From contig NC_018655.1 of assembly GCF_000299365.1 (NCBI RefSeq), forward strand, positions 630,001 to 662,000: DNA of 32,000 nt. Reading direction: 5' to 3'. The notes beneath the pieces are model-generated. The model had not been told where the DNA came from and searched no databases. It saw only the letters and a list, made by a program, of their open reading frames with translations. A program made the position numbers and the translations under genes. This document shows, in pieces, positions 18,310 to 27,643 of the stretch. Numbering within the stretch: position 1 is the first letter of the stretch; each line of letters begins with the position of its first letter. This stretch comes from Candidatus Nitrosopumilus koreensis AR1 (GTDB taxonomy: Archaea > Thermoproteota > Nitrososphaeria > Nitrososphaerales > Nitrosopumilaceae).

Positions 18310-18615
18310 CTAGTCTAGATGTTTTTTAATAGAGTCTACCTTTTCTTGCATCTTTAGGTGCTTGTCTCTTCGTGAATCAATCTTGATTATGACTTCGACC
18401 CTGTCGATTCCTAGATTGTGAACAGTCTCACTCATCTGCTTTGTTGCCTTGTAAATGGTATCCATGTCATCTGACTCTAAAATTGTCCCCATCGGGTTTA
18501 TTTCGTATTTGAGGTTCTCGATTTTTTGAATCGATTCTATTGCCTTTGCAATGTAAAAACTGGCGCTGGTTGTTCTGGTAGCTATTGGATAGATGCTAAT
18601 CTCTGCATGAATCAA
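18310..18615 (-). CDS. MTH1187/YkoF-family (UPF0045) protein
   Basis: 101 aa. AEISIYPI...INPMGTILE matches the family pattern. Confidence 0.8.
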   Translation of the reverse strand: MIHAEISIYPIATRTTSASFYIAKAIESIQKIENLKYEINPMGTILESDDMDTIYKATKQMSETVHNLGIDRVEVIIKIDSRRDKHLKMQEKVDSIKKHLD

Positions 18616-18653
18616 CTTATTTTCTGTGTTTAATTGGGATTAAAAAGTTTGAA

Positions 18654-18947
18654 TCACTCTGCAGGTTTCTTTTCTGTTCTTTTTGCACTGCCTTTTCTGC
18701 GCCTTGCTCCAAAACTTATCAAAACCAACAAGAATCCTACGCCAATTAGCAATCCATACAGTAACTGTAATGCCTGATTCTCGTCTTCAGCTACCATCAA
18801 GTCAATAATCTCTTCTTCCGTCATTCCAGCTTGTCCTGTAGGTGGCTCACCTGTTGTCAATCCTATTATGATTCCTGCAGCAATCATGACAATGCCTCCT
18901 GCAAAAATTTTCTTGTCAATTAGTACCAATTTGACATTGTTTTGCAT
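18654..18947 (-). CDS. small membrane protein (2 TM)
   Basis: Two hydrophobic helices flank an acidic loop, followed by a basic tail RRRKGSAKRTEKK. Confidence 0.55.
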   Translation of the reverse strand: MQNNVKLVLIDKKIFAGGIVMIAAGIIIGLTTGEPPTGQAGMTEEEIIDLMVAEDENQALQLLYGLLIGVGFLLVLISFGARRRKGSAKRTEKKPAE

Positions 18948-18997
18948 CTATCGTATATTAGGAAATTGGTTTTTGTTTTTATTTGAAATAGTTTGAT

Positions 18998-19288
18998 CTA
19001 AAATCCTTCTGGTGGCTTTTGTACAAATACGTTGCAGACAAGTGCATCTGTTTTTTTGTCTCTGTATTGAACATTGCATGAAACAAATTTTCCTTTCAGT
19101 GCTCTTTCTAAATCCTCTTTTGTCTTTTCTTCGTATTGTGGTTGTTGTGGATCGTCAATCTTGCTCATGATTATTTTTTCTGTCTTGCCATACTCCTCTT
19201 TGTTGTCTTTTCTGACATGACTTACAAGCAACTCAAATGCGTTGTTAGTCAAAATTCCCACAACCGGACCGCCTATTCCGTCACCCAT
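18998..19288 (-). CDS. hypothetical protein
   Basis: 96-aa ORF. No motif recognised. Confidence 0.5.
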   Translation of the reverse strand: MGDGIGGPVVGILTNNAFELLVSHVRKDNKEEYGKTEKIIMSKIDDPQQPQYEEKTKEDLERALKGKFVSCNVQYRDKKTDALVCNVFVQKPPEGF

Positions 19289-19544
19289 TGATTCTAAATT
19301 TTTTTTGTTCTATAATTACTTGATGAACTGTTCCCTCTCTGTTTTATATACTGAAATTCGTTTAGTTTTTCATTTTAGAAATGTTGTTTGGCAATCTCCA
19401 GTTCAACGTCTGTCAAACAAAATTTCAGGTAGTGGTCATTTGTAATCATTCACAAGACAATATCAAAAATCAATCAAACAGGCATTAAATTTTTTAAAAA
19501 ATCAAAATTATGATAGTCTAATCTAAAAAAATAAAAAAATGGGT

Positions 19545-20303
19545 TTAGGCTATACAGAGTTCTATTACTCTATGGATAGCTATTGTTCCTGAATTTGTAA
19601 TTGATCCATTACACAAGTTGAGTATGTTTCCCCAGTTGGTGATTGTGTTACTATTAGAAAACAATCCTTCATTTAGAATTGTATCAAAATTCATAACCGG
19701 ACCACTGTTGGTGAATGTGCCTGATGTCATGATGGTGCCGCTGTTGACCAAGTTCAAAGAGTTGGTAAATGTGCCACTACTAATTAGTACGCCATCTATT
19801 CCTACTTTGATAGTACCGGATGTCGTAATTACACCAGTGCTTGTCAATTGACCTTCATTTTTTATAACACCTGTTGGGCCGTTAGTAATTGTTCCAGATG
19901 ATGTTAGTTCACCAAGGTTCTTGAAAGGACCGCTATTTGTTATTGTACCTTTAGTGCTATCAATAACACCATTATTGGTAAATTCACCAGATGTTGTAAT
20001 TACACCGCCACTTGCAATGAGGATTGTTCCATGGTTTACTATAACACCACTACTAGTGACGCTACCAATGCTAAAAGTGGTATCTGCACCGATAACTAGT
20101 TTATCAGTTGGGCCAATCACAAGAGTTCCAACTACACATGTTGAAGTAGCAGAGCTCCATGATCCGCCTATTGCTGGAGCATTACAAGATATTTTATCAT
20201 GGACAGTAGAGACTACTGCTGATGCGTCTTGACCAGTAAAGGCTAAAACAGAAACTAATGCAACTAATACAGGAAGTATTAGAATTTGCTTTGTATTTGT
20301 CAT
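19545..20303 (-). CDS. secreted hexapeptide-repeat (beta-solenoid-like) protein
   Basis: Signal peptide MTNTKQILILPVLVALVSVLAFTGQDASA, then about 25 consecutive xGxhxN-type hexamers (SGTITN, SGTFTN, SGPFKN, TGVITT ...). Cys residues bracket the array. Confidence 0.7.
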   Translation of the reverse strand: MTNTKQILILPVLVALVSVLAFTGQDASAVVSTVHDKISCNAPAIGGSWSSATSTCVVGTLVIGPTDKLVIGADTTFSIGSVTSSGVIVNHGTILIASGGVITTSGEFTNNGVIDSTKGTITNSGPFKNLGELTSSGTITNGPTGVIKNEGQLTSTGVITTSGTIKVGIDGVLISSGTFTNSLNLVNSGTIMTSGTFTNSGPVMNFDTILNEGLFSNSNTITNWGNILNLCNGSITNSGTIAIHRVIELCIA

Positions 20304-20407
20304 TGTATGTTTTATGAAATTTATTGTATTAACTCACGCTGACATGAATGTTGGTTTGATGTACATATTTGATGGTATAGCAGACAAATATGTACGTATA
20401 TTGAATG

Positions 20408-20839
20408 TTAACTAATTTTTGAAATTATTTTTGCAAAGTCTATGCCAGTACTAGTCAGAGAAATATTGATTTTGTTATCCTCAATTACAGACTCAACAAG
20501 ACCCTTTTTCTCCATCCATACAATATGTTTTGCAAGTCGTGCATAGTTTAGTTTGGTATCAAGGGCTAGCTGCGTTTTTCCTTCAGATGGATTTTCTTTC
20601 ATAAATTTTACTATGCGCATAAGAGTTTTCATGCTTGGATCAAAAGTTGGCACAAGAGATTTGGTTTTCAGAATTTCTACTACTTTAGGATTGATGGTTT
20701 TACTCAATATGTGCTCAATTATAATGCAAAACCACTGTTCATAAGTATGCCTCTTCATACAGGCAGGGACTAATTCCCTCTGCGATTTGTTTGGCAATAT
20801 CGCTTGGTTTACCGTCTTAGAATTTGTAATGCAAGACAT
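20408..20839 (-). CDS. winged-helix DNA-binding protein
   Basis: C-terminal KTQLALDTKLNYARLAKHIVWMEKKGLVESV is wHTH-like. The true start may be an internal Met. Confidence 0.55.
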   Translation of the reverse strand: MSCITNSKTVNQAILPNKSQRELVPACMKRHTYEQWFCIIIEHILSKTINPKVVEILKTKSLVPTFDPSMKTLMRIVKFMKENPSEGKTQLALDTKLNYARLAKHIVWMEKKGLVESVIEDNKINISLTSTGIDFAKIISKIS

Positions 20840-20977
20840 ACCACTATAACGTAAAATTTCTCAAATGGTATTTGATTACTAGTTACAATCGATTATCTGA
20901 CCTATCTGTTATCTAGTCACTTTTTAGATAAGAATCAATCATTTACTATCCCAAAAGTATCAAAAAGAGTTTAGAAT

Positions 20978-21103
20978 CTAGTCGTCAGATTCTTCAAATT
21001 CTTCGTCTTGTTCATACCCATCTTTTAGTTCTAGTTGATGGTCTTCTTCTTTCATTTCTTCTTGTTCAGCTTTTTTCCATTCTTTTTCTTTGTCTTCAGA
21101 CAT
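20978..21103 (-). CDS. possible small acidic protein (41 aa)
   Basis: My translation is MSEDKEKEWKKAEQEEMKEEDHQLELKDGYEQDEEFEESDD. Low complexity, below the track threshold. Confidence 0.3.
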   Translation of the reverse strand: MSEDKEKEWKKAEQEEMKEEDHQLELKDGYEQDEEFEESDD

Positions 21104-21253
21104 GAATTACAAAATACGTTTCTGGCATATTAACAAATTCTCTATTTTCAGTTTTGAGACTATAAGGATCATTGATTTTCAAAGAATTTACCATTAACCT
21201 AGTTCATTTTTAATAGTACTGATTTTTAGAGGCAATACAAGGAAATTTTGTAC

Positions 21254-22081
21254 TTATTTTGTGGCAATACTTAGCTCAAAGTCTGGAACAAGCCCCTTCT
21301 CTTTTGCCATCTCGAATACTTTTCTTATTGATTCTTCACCTGCATCGCCCATGTTGACTGTGACTTTGTTTACGTACATTTTTACAAATTTTTCAATCAA
21401 ATCCCTTGGCTTTCCTCTAGAGTATTGCATTGCATATTCTAGTGCATCATCCATATTCTCTAATCCGTACTCTATTGAGGCCTGAAGATACTTGTCAAAC
21501 TTGTGGATTGTCTCCATTCCCAAGTCTGTCTTCATTACATTGATTCCAAGTGGAACTGGGAGTCCGTTTGTGGTCTTGTCCCACCATTCCCCTACATCTA
21601 GAATCTTTACGTTTCCTTCTTGCTCATATGATAACTGTGTCTCGTGAATCACAAGCCCTGCATCGACCTTGCCTGACTTTACAGCCTCTGGAATGTCGCT
21701 AAAGTTCATCTCCACATAATCAAACTTTCCAATCATCAGTTGTAATAGCAAAAATGCTGATGTCATCTTTCCTGGAATTGCAATCTTGCATTTTTTTATC
21801 TCATCAATGCTCATCTGTTTTCTTGCAGTGACAATTGGACCGTACCCTATTCCAAAACTTCCGCCACTTCGCAAGATAGTATATCCTGGAATGTATGCAC
21901 ATGCATGAACTGAAACTGCAGTAACGTCTAGCTGTGGATCTGTAGCTTTGCGGTTTAGTTTCTCAATGTCTTCAATTACGTGATTTACTTTAAAGTCTGG
22001 TGATGGAACTTTTCCTGTAAACATACCATAAAACATGAATGCATCATCAGAATCAGGAGTATGTCCCACTGAAATTTCCAT
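21254..22081 (-). CDS. menaquinone biosynthesis MqnA/MqnD-family protein (futalosine pathway)
   Basis: N-terminus MEISVGHTPDSDDAFMFYGM is typical of the MqnA/MqnD periplasmic-binding-fold family. ATG at 22081; the track start at 22114 is TTG. Confidence 0.8.
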   Translation of the reverse strand: MEISVGHTPDSDDAFMFYGMFTGKVPSPDFKVNHVIEDIEKLNRKATDPQLDVTAVSVHACAYIPGYTILRSGGSFGIGYGPIVTARKQMSIDEIKKCKIAIPGKMTSAFLLLQLMIGKFDYVEMNFSDIPEAVKSGKVDAGLVIHETQLSYEQEGNVKILDVGEWWDKTTNGLPVPLGINVMKTDLGMETIHKFDKYLQASIEYGLENMDDALEYAMQYSRGKPRDLIEKFVKMYVNKVTVNMGDAGEESIRKVFEMAKEKGLVPDFELSIATK

Positions 22082-22164
22082 AATCCGTTCAGATACAGTC
22101 GTAATAAAAATCAAAACCTGTTGCAGAGAGATTTTCTAATATATGCCAAAAATTATTTTCTTTT

Positions 22165-23070
22165 ATGAATACAATTGATGCATTTGAAAAGGACATATTC
22201 TCTCAAGTTGATTTTCTAAAATCATTTCAAAAACAAAAACCAATCTCACAATCTCTTCAAAAAAACACAATCTTTTCTGGAAGCGGTGATTCATTGGTAT
22301 CTGCAATGCTTGCTGAATCTTTTTCTGGTGGAGTGGTAAGAGCAATTGATCCTTTGGATTTGTACAAAAACAAACTTCTTGTAAAATCAAAAAACGTCTA
22401 TTTTGTCTCTATTTCTGGAAATACCATTACTAACGTTAAAACTGCAAAGATTGCACACAAATCAACTGCAATTACTGCCAAAAACAACAGCAGATTATCA
22501 AAATCTGCAGATAATACCATCTTGCTTTGCGCGCCTACCTCTGATGTATTTACTGCAGGAAGTATCACGTTTTTAGAAAGCGCACTTACTTGCATCTCTT
22601 TGGTAAAATCAATACGTCTTCCAAATGTGTCTAAGATATTTTCAAAAGCGAATATTGACTCTAAAAAAATCAAGGTATCAAAAAGAATCTATGTCTTGGG
22701 AAATCTATTCACATTTCCTCTTGCAATGTTTTGTGCAGCAAAGTTCTATGAGGTGATGGGTTATGATGTCCACTATTGCAGAATTGAGCAATTCTCTCAC
22801 ATGGAGTTGTTTTCAGCAAAGAAAGGCGACACTGTAATTATCTTTGAGCAAAAAAATGCACACAACTGTAATCTGGCAAAAAACCTCAAAAAAATTGGCA
22901 TGCATGTGGTTCATCCAGACATACCATCTGACAAACTAGCTCAGATGCTGTACTGCACATTTTTCTCAGAACTGATTGCGCTAAATGAGGCAAAGAAGAA
23001 ACGAAAAAAAGATTGCCACTTTGTCACTGCAAAAAATATTCGAAATGTTAGCAACCAAATGATTTACTGA
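22165..23070 (+). CDS. SIS (sugar isomerase) domain protein
   Basis: FSGSGDSLVSAML and VYFVSISGNTITNVKTAKIA match SIS nucleotide/sugar-phosphate binding motifs. Confidence 0.6.
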   Translation: MNTIDAFEKDIFSQVDFLKSFQKQKPISQSLQKNTIFSGSGDSLVSAMLAESFSGGVVRAIDPLDLYKNKLLVKSKNVYFVSISGNTITNVKTAKIAHKSTAITAKNNSRLSKSADNTILLCAPTSDVFTAGSITFLESALTCISLVKSIRLPNVSKIFSKANIDSKKIKVSKRIYVLGNLFTFPLAMFCAAKFYEVMGYDVHYCRIEQFSHMELFSAKKGDTVIIFEQKNAHNCNLAKNLKKIGMHVVHPDIPSDKLAQMLYCTFFSELIALNEAKKKRKKDCHFVTAKNIRNVSNQMIY

Positions 23071-23119
23071 TCTTTTTTACAAGGAACGTTTAATAGCTGA
23101 ATCTTAGGGTTTTGGGAAT

Positions 23120-25312
23120 ATGGTAAAATTCAAGTCAACCAGTGAGGTCCTGAAAATTATCAAAAACAAGGATCAGATCCGAAACTTTGGTGTTATTGCT
23201 CACGTTGACCACGGAAAGACTACCATGAGTGACAGTCTCTTGGCTTACTCTGGAATTATCGCTCCATCAGCTGCTGGAAAGGCACTTGCAATGGACTTTG
23301 ATAAAGAAGAGCAACAAAGAGGAATTACAATTTATCAGGCAAACGTTACTTTGCTGTTTTCACAGAAAGGAAAAGAATATGTCATTAACATGATTGATAC
23401 CCCTGGACACGTAGACTTTAGTGGAAGGGTAATTCGTAGCCTTAGGGCAATTGATGGTGCAGTGGTTGTATGTGATGCTGTTGAGGGTATAATGACTCAG
23501 ACTGAAACTGTAACTAGAATGGCACTAGAGGAGAGGGTAAAACCTGTATTGTTTATCAACAAAGTAGACAGACTCATCAAGGAACTGCGATTGACTCCTG
23601 AAAAGATGCAGGCACAATTAGCAGAAGTCGTTTCAAACTTTAATCAATTAATTGACACATATGCAGAACCTGAATACAAAGAAAAGTGGAAGGTATCAAT
23701 TCAGGATGCAAGTGTCACATTTGGTTCTGCAAAGGACAGATGGGCAATTAACATAGATTTGATGAAAGAAAGAGGAATCACATTCAAAGATGTCATTGAT
23801 GCATATACAAATGAAAAAGTAGAAGAACTAGTAGAGAAAGCACCACTAGCTGATGCAGTTCTTGGAATGGTTGTAAAGCATCATCCTGCTCCACACGAGG
23901 CAGTCCAGTACAGAATTCCACAAATCTGGAAAGGTGATTTGGAGTCTGATGTTGGCAAAGCACTACTTGCATGCGATGATACTGGTCCGACAATTATGAT
24001 GATTGTAAACATGGTCTTAGATCCTGCAGCAGGTCCTGTTGCAATTGGAAGACTGTTCTCTGGAACAATCAAAGACGGACAAACTATCAACATTATAGAT
24101 GAAAAACGTGAAGGAAGAGTTCAGTCTGTAAACTTTTTCATGGGAAACCAAAGAGAGCAAGTTGGTGAGCTTGGCGCTGGAAACATTCCTGCATTATTAG
24201 GATTAACTGAAGCTAGAGCAGGAAACACATTATCATCTGTTAAGGGAATTCAAATGTTTGAAGGTGTAAAGTATGTCTCTGAACCTGTTGTTCAAGTTGC
24301 AATCGAGCCAAAACATCCTAAAGATTTACCTAAACTAGTCGAAGTTCTAAAACAACTAACAATTGAGGATCCTAACCTTATCGTAAAGATTGATGAGGAG
24401 AGCGGTGAGACAATTGTTGCAGGAATGGGTGTGTTACACCTTGATGTTGCCACTCACCGTATCCAGGATGCCAAAGTCGAGATTGTTACATCTGAACCTC
24501 TGATTAACTACAGAGAGACAGTAAAGTCTGCATGTGAGCCAATCATGGCAAAATCTCCAAACAGACACAACAAGATCTTCATGAAAGTCGAGCCACTAGA
24601 GCCTGCAATTGCAAACATGTTAAGAACAGGCGAAATCAGCGACATGAAAGACAAAAAAGTTGTTGCTGACTTGCTAAAGGGCGCTGGATGGGATACTGAT
24701 ACAATTAAGAGAGTGATGAAGTTTGATTCTCGCGGCAATGTCTTGATTAACGGAACAAAAGGTGTTCAATTTGTACAAGAGTCAACTGACTCTATTAACT
24801 CTGGATTTGAAGAAGTAATGAAAGAAGGACCTCTCTGCAGAGAGCAGATGAGGGATTGTAAATTCACGTTTACTCACTTTGTACCTCACGAGGACACTGC
24901 ACACAGGGGTTTGTCTCAACTGGGACCAGCTTCTCGTCGTGCATGCATGGGTGCATTGCTTACTGCAGGAACTGCAGTGCTAGAGCCAACTCTGGCAATT
25001 GAGGTTCGTGTGCCAACTGACTTGGTTGGAAACGTCGCCACTGTTCTTTCTGGAAAACGTGGCAAGGTCTTGGACATGTCACAAAAAGGCGCATCAAGTA
25101 TCGTTACAGGTGAGATTCCAGCCTCTGAGACATTTACATTGTCTGAAGAGATGAGAGGCCAGACTGCAGGACGTGCTACATGGAATACTTCCTTTAAGGC
25201 ATGGACTGAGGTTCCAAAATCAATGCTTGCAACAGCTGTTGCTGATATCAGAAAGAGAAAGGGACTAGCACCAGATCCTCCAAGAGCAGAAGAGTTTATT
25301 GATAAAGAGTAA
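23120..25312 (+). CDS. fusA: translation elongation factor aEF-2
   Basis: GTPase motifs AHVDHGKTT, DTPGH and NKVDR. Diphthamide loop HEDTAHRG. 730 aa. Confidence 0.97.
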   Translation: MVKFKSTSEVLKIIKNKDQIRNFGVIAHVDHGKTTMSDSLLAYSGIIAPSAAGKALAMDFDKEEQQRGITIYQANVTLLFSQKGKEYVINMIDTPGHVDFSGRVIRSLRAIDGAVVVCDAVEGIMTQTETVTRMALEERVKPVLFINKVDRLIKELRLTPEKMQAQLAEVVSNFNQLIDTYAEPEYKEKWKVSIQDASVTFGSAKDRWAINIDLMKERGITFKDVIDAYTNEKVEELVEKAPLADAVLGMVVKHHPAPHEAVQYRIPQIWKGDLESDVGKALLACDDTGPTIMMIVNMVLDPAAGPVAIGRLFSGTIKDGQTINIIDEKREGRVQSVNFFMGNQREQVGELGAGNIPALLGLTEARAGNTLSSVKGIQMFEGVKYVSEPVVQVAIEPKHPKDLPKLVEVLKQLTIEDPNLIVKIDEESGETIVAGMGVLHLDVATHRIQDAKVEIVTSEPLINYRETVKSACEPIMAKSPNRHNKIFMKVEPLEPAIANMLRTGEISDMKDKKVVADLLKGAGWDTDTIKRVMKFDSRGNVLINGTKGVQFVQESTDSINSGFEEVMKEGPLCREQMRDCKFTFTHFVPHEDTAHRGLSQLGPASRRACMGALLTAGTAVLEPTLAIEVRVPTDLVGNVATVLSGKRGKVLDMSQKGASSIVTGEIPASETFTLSEEMRGQTAGRATWNTSFKAWTEVPKSMLATAVADIRKRKGLAPDPPRAEEFIDKE

Positions 25313-25434
25313 AAATAGAATCCCCCCATTCCGTTCCTAATTCACTGCTGTTTTTCGTTATGACTAGAGAATGATTTGGATTATGATTTGTTGCAATCTT
25401 TTGAAATACTAGGTATTGAATAATTTTTTATTAA

Positions 25435-25935
25435 ATGAAACCTATTACAATTTTCAGATTTTTTTCACCAATCAGATATATTGAAATTATTGCAGTTCTT
25501 TCTGCTTTTCAAATTTTAGATATTGCTTGGCAATCAGACGTTATCATCTTCAATTTTTTCTTTCCGGTAATTATCGGAAGTGCTGCATTTGATGCAGTGT
25601 TTCACAAGGATGGTTTCAAAGCTGGTTTCAAAAGTGCAGGGATAAAATACTATACAGGAATGGGGATCCAATTTGTAGGAAGCGCTGTTTCAGCATTAGC
25701 CAGTTTCAATACAGATCCAGAAAAAATTCCAGTCATTATCATGTATACTGTGCTTCTGTTAGGAATAGGCGGAGCACTAGAAGGATTTCATTTTTTTTCT
25801 GAAAAGAAACTCAAAAACATTGTATTAACACCTGTTCAAAAAATATTGGCATTAATTGGACTTACTCTTCTGATATTTTTCTTTGGGCTTTACACAGTTC
25901 TTGAATTAGTTCCACGCACACCATGGTTTAATTGA
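25435..25935 (+). CDS. integral membrane protein (casposon cargo)
   Basis: 166 aa with about 5 hydrophobic helices. No motif recognised. Confidence 0.6.
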   Translation: MKPITIFRFFSPIRYIEIIAVLSAFQILDIAWQSDVIIFNFFFPVIIGSAAFDAVFHKDGFKAGFKSAGIKYYTGMGIQFVGSAVSALASFNTDPEKIPVIIMYTVLLLGIGGALEGFHFFSEKKLKNIVLTPVQKILALIGLTLLIFFFGLYTVLELVPRTPWFN

Positions 25936-25942
25936 TTATGTT

Positions 25943-26986
25943 TTGACACTCAAAAATCAGAAAAACCACTACAATGTAAAATTCCTTAAAGGCTACGGTC
26001 ACTCTATCTCGGTAAAAGATTCCAAAATAATTCTAAAGTCAAACCACGACCCATTTTCTCCACCAGAACAAGAAGAATGGTTTGTCAAAAACATGCCATA
26101 TGAGAAAATAGTTCTTTCAGGCAAAGGATATGTCTCAACTGAAGCATTATCATTACTTTCAGAGAACAATCGCAATGTCATTTTGTTAGACAATCACGGA
26201 AAGCCTGTTACATTCTGCAATGGCATGATGGATTCTCTCACTGCCACAAAATACAGAATGGCACAATATGATACATTCCGAAATCCTGAGAAATGTGAGT
26301 ATCTGCGTAAGCAGATTATATCTGCAAAGAAAGAATCTCAACTAAAGTTATTACGATTAATTGGAAGTGAAATTTCAGAACTTCCAGATTCAGAACACAT
26401 TTCAGCCAAAGTCTATTGGACAGAATTTGCAAAATTTATCCCTGAAAAATATCAATTTCATTCCAGAAACCAATCTCACATCACATCATCAAAAAATAAC
26501 GCAACTGACATCATCAATGCTCTGCTAAACTACGGATATTCTGTACTTGCAGGAGAAATTTCCAAGTTTGTATGTGGATTTGGTCTTGACCCGTACCTTG
26601 GATTCATGCATCGTTCTCATACAGGATTTCAGCCATTGGTGTATGATATCATAGAACCGTTCCGATGGTTAGTGGATTATACTGTTTATTCCATGGCAAA
26701 TCATAGTTCCACAAGACAGAGAATTAAACTCAAAGAGTATAGTTTTACAAAAGATGGAACTGTAGTTTTGGAATATTCTTTGATCAAGAGATTTTTGGAG
26801 ATGTTAGAAAGACAGTTTTCTCAAGAGAGAAAGTATTCGTTTAGACATGGAAAGAAGACAAAGGATGGTTTGAAATCCGTTCAAGAAATTACTGTTGTAA
26901 AGATTATAATTCAAAATTTAGTAGAATACAGTACAGGAAAACAAAAAAGTTTAGAATCTAATAATTTTGCTTTTTTCGATTTCTAA
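25943..26986 (+). CDS. cas1: Cas1-family integrase (casposase)
   Basis: Cas1 core motifs NATDIINALLNYGYSVL, GLDPYLGFMH and LVYDIIEPFRWLVDY. TTG start in the track; the first ATG is about 50 codons in. Confidence 0.9.
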   Translation: MTLKNQKNHYNVKFLKGYGHSISVKDSKIILKSNHDPFSPPEQEEWFVKNMPYEKIVLSGKGYVSTEALSLLSENNRNVILLDNHGKPVTFCNGMMDSLTATKYRMAQYDTFRNPEKCEYLRKQIISAKKESQLKLLRLIGSEISELPDSEHISAKVYWTEFAKFIPEKYQFHSRNQSHITSSKNNATDIINALLNYGYSVLAGEISKFVCGFGLDPYLGFMHRSHTGFQPLVYDIIEPFRWLVDYTVYSMANHSSTRQRIKLKEYSFTKDGTVVLEYSLIKRFLEMLERQFSQERKYSFRHGKKTKDGLKSVQEITVVKIIIQNLVEYSTGKQKSLESNNFAFFDF

Positions 26987-27359
26987 ACAATGGAAAAATA
27001 ATGACAATTACAGAAATTATTGCAAATACTATTCCATATGGAAATGGAAAAATCATTTGAAATCCAAAAAATGCTATTATGCTAGCAATGATTGCAAGTA
27101 CACGGTTTGTTGTAGTTTGTGAGGAATTTTTCATGACAGCACCGGCAATTGTTAATCCAAGACCTACAACTACAATAACTGCAGAAATGGTTTGTATCTG
27201 ATAAACTGTTTGACATCCACTGCTTATGTTTGTGGAAATTACCTGACCAAACTGTCCCACAAATGAGCCACAATTAGAAACATCAGGTTGAATCGTAAAA
27301 TACACAAAAACTCCAATAACCATCAAAATAATACCAATAATCAGAATTGGGGTGTTCAT
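26958..27359 (-). CDS. integral membrane protein (4 TM, casposon cargo)
   Basis: 133 aa with four hydrophobic helices. Preceded by repeated promoter motif copy 1. Confidence 0.6.
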   Translation of the reverse strand: MNTPILIIGIILMVIGVFVYFTIQPDVSNCGSFVGQFGQVISTNISSGCQTVYQIQTISAVIVVVGLGLTIAGAVMKNSSQTTTNRVLAIIASIIAFFGFQMIFPFPYGIVFAIISVIVIIFPLFRNRKKQNY

Positions 27360-27375
27360 AAAAATTAGAATATTA

Positions 27376-27389
27376 GTATGAACTTAAGC
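27376..27389 (-). promoter_or_regulatory. repeated promoter-like motif, copy 1 (GCTTAAGTTCATAC on minus strand)
   Basis: Exact 14-mer gtatgaacttaagc, 16 nt upstream of the ATG at 27359. Confidence 0.55.
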
Positions 27390-27402
27390 GTTTAGAAATA
27401 AT

Positions 27403-27597
27403 CTAATATTGTCTATATTTCTGAAAAGATCCTTTTCTTTTACAGTTGGCACATTTTGCATTCTTTGACCAGCCCTCAACTGACCAACCATGACCAATTC
27501 TAACTGTGATTACTCTGTCACAGTTTGTGCAGATTACTTTTACCTGATAGGATTTCTTTGGGTCAGGTTCTCCTTTTAACCACTCTTTGAGCCCCAC
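27403..27597 (-). CDS. small four-Cys zinc-ribbon protein
   Basis: CTNCDRV ... CANCKRKG in 64 aa. GTG start. Preceded by motif copy 2. Confidence 0.55.
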   Translation of the reverse strand: MGLKEWLKGEPDPKKSYQVKVICTNCDRVITVRIGHGWSVEGWSKNAKCANCKRKGSFQKYRQY

Positions 27598-27613
27598 AAT
27601 AGAATTTCATTGT

Positions 27614-27633
27614 GTATGAACTTAAGCATATTG
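27614..27633 (-). promoter_or_regulatory. repeated promoter-like motif, copy 2
   Basis: gtatgaacttaagcatattg, identical over 20 nt to copy 3. Lies 16 nt upstream of the start at 27597. Confidence 0.55.
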
Positions 27634-27643
27634 AAGTTTACAC

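Noticed and set aside
19618-20232. Plus-strand ORFs 19618..19851 and 19921..20232
   Set aside because: They are antisense images of the hexapeptide-repeat gene. The repeat periodicity keeps the opposite strand open by chance.
17022-22114. Longest-ORF starts at 17022, 22114 and 9134 (TTG)
   Set aside because: Each has an ATG 3-13 codons downstream that begins at the conserved N-terminus or signal peptide (17061, 22081 and 9143). The extensions add only unconserved-looking residues.
25313-25434. tRNA gene as the integration target at the element border
   Set aside because: No tRNA-like cloverleaf or T-loop (GGTTCGAATC-like) sequence is visible here or elsewhere in the window. The adjacent conserved gene is EF-2.
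25943-26986. Cas1 as part of a CRISPR-Cas adaptation module
   Set aside because: I looked for cas2, other cas genes and any regularly spaced 25-40 nt direct repeats across the window and found none. The neighbouring phi29-like polB points to a casposon instead.
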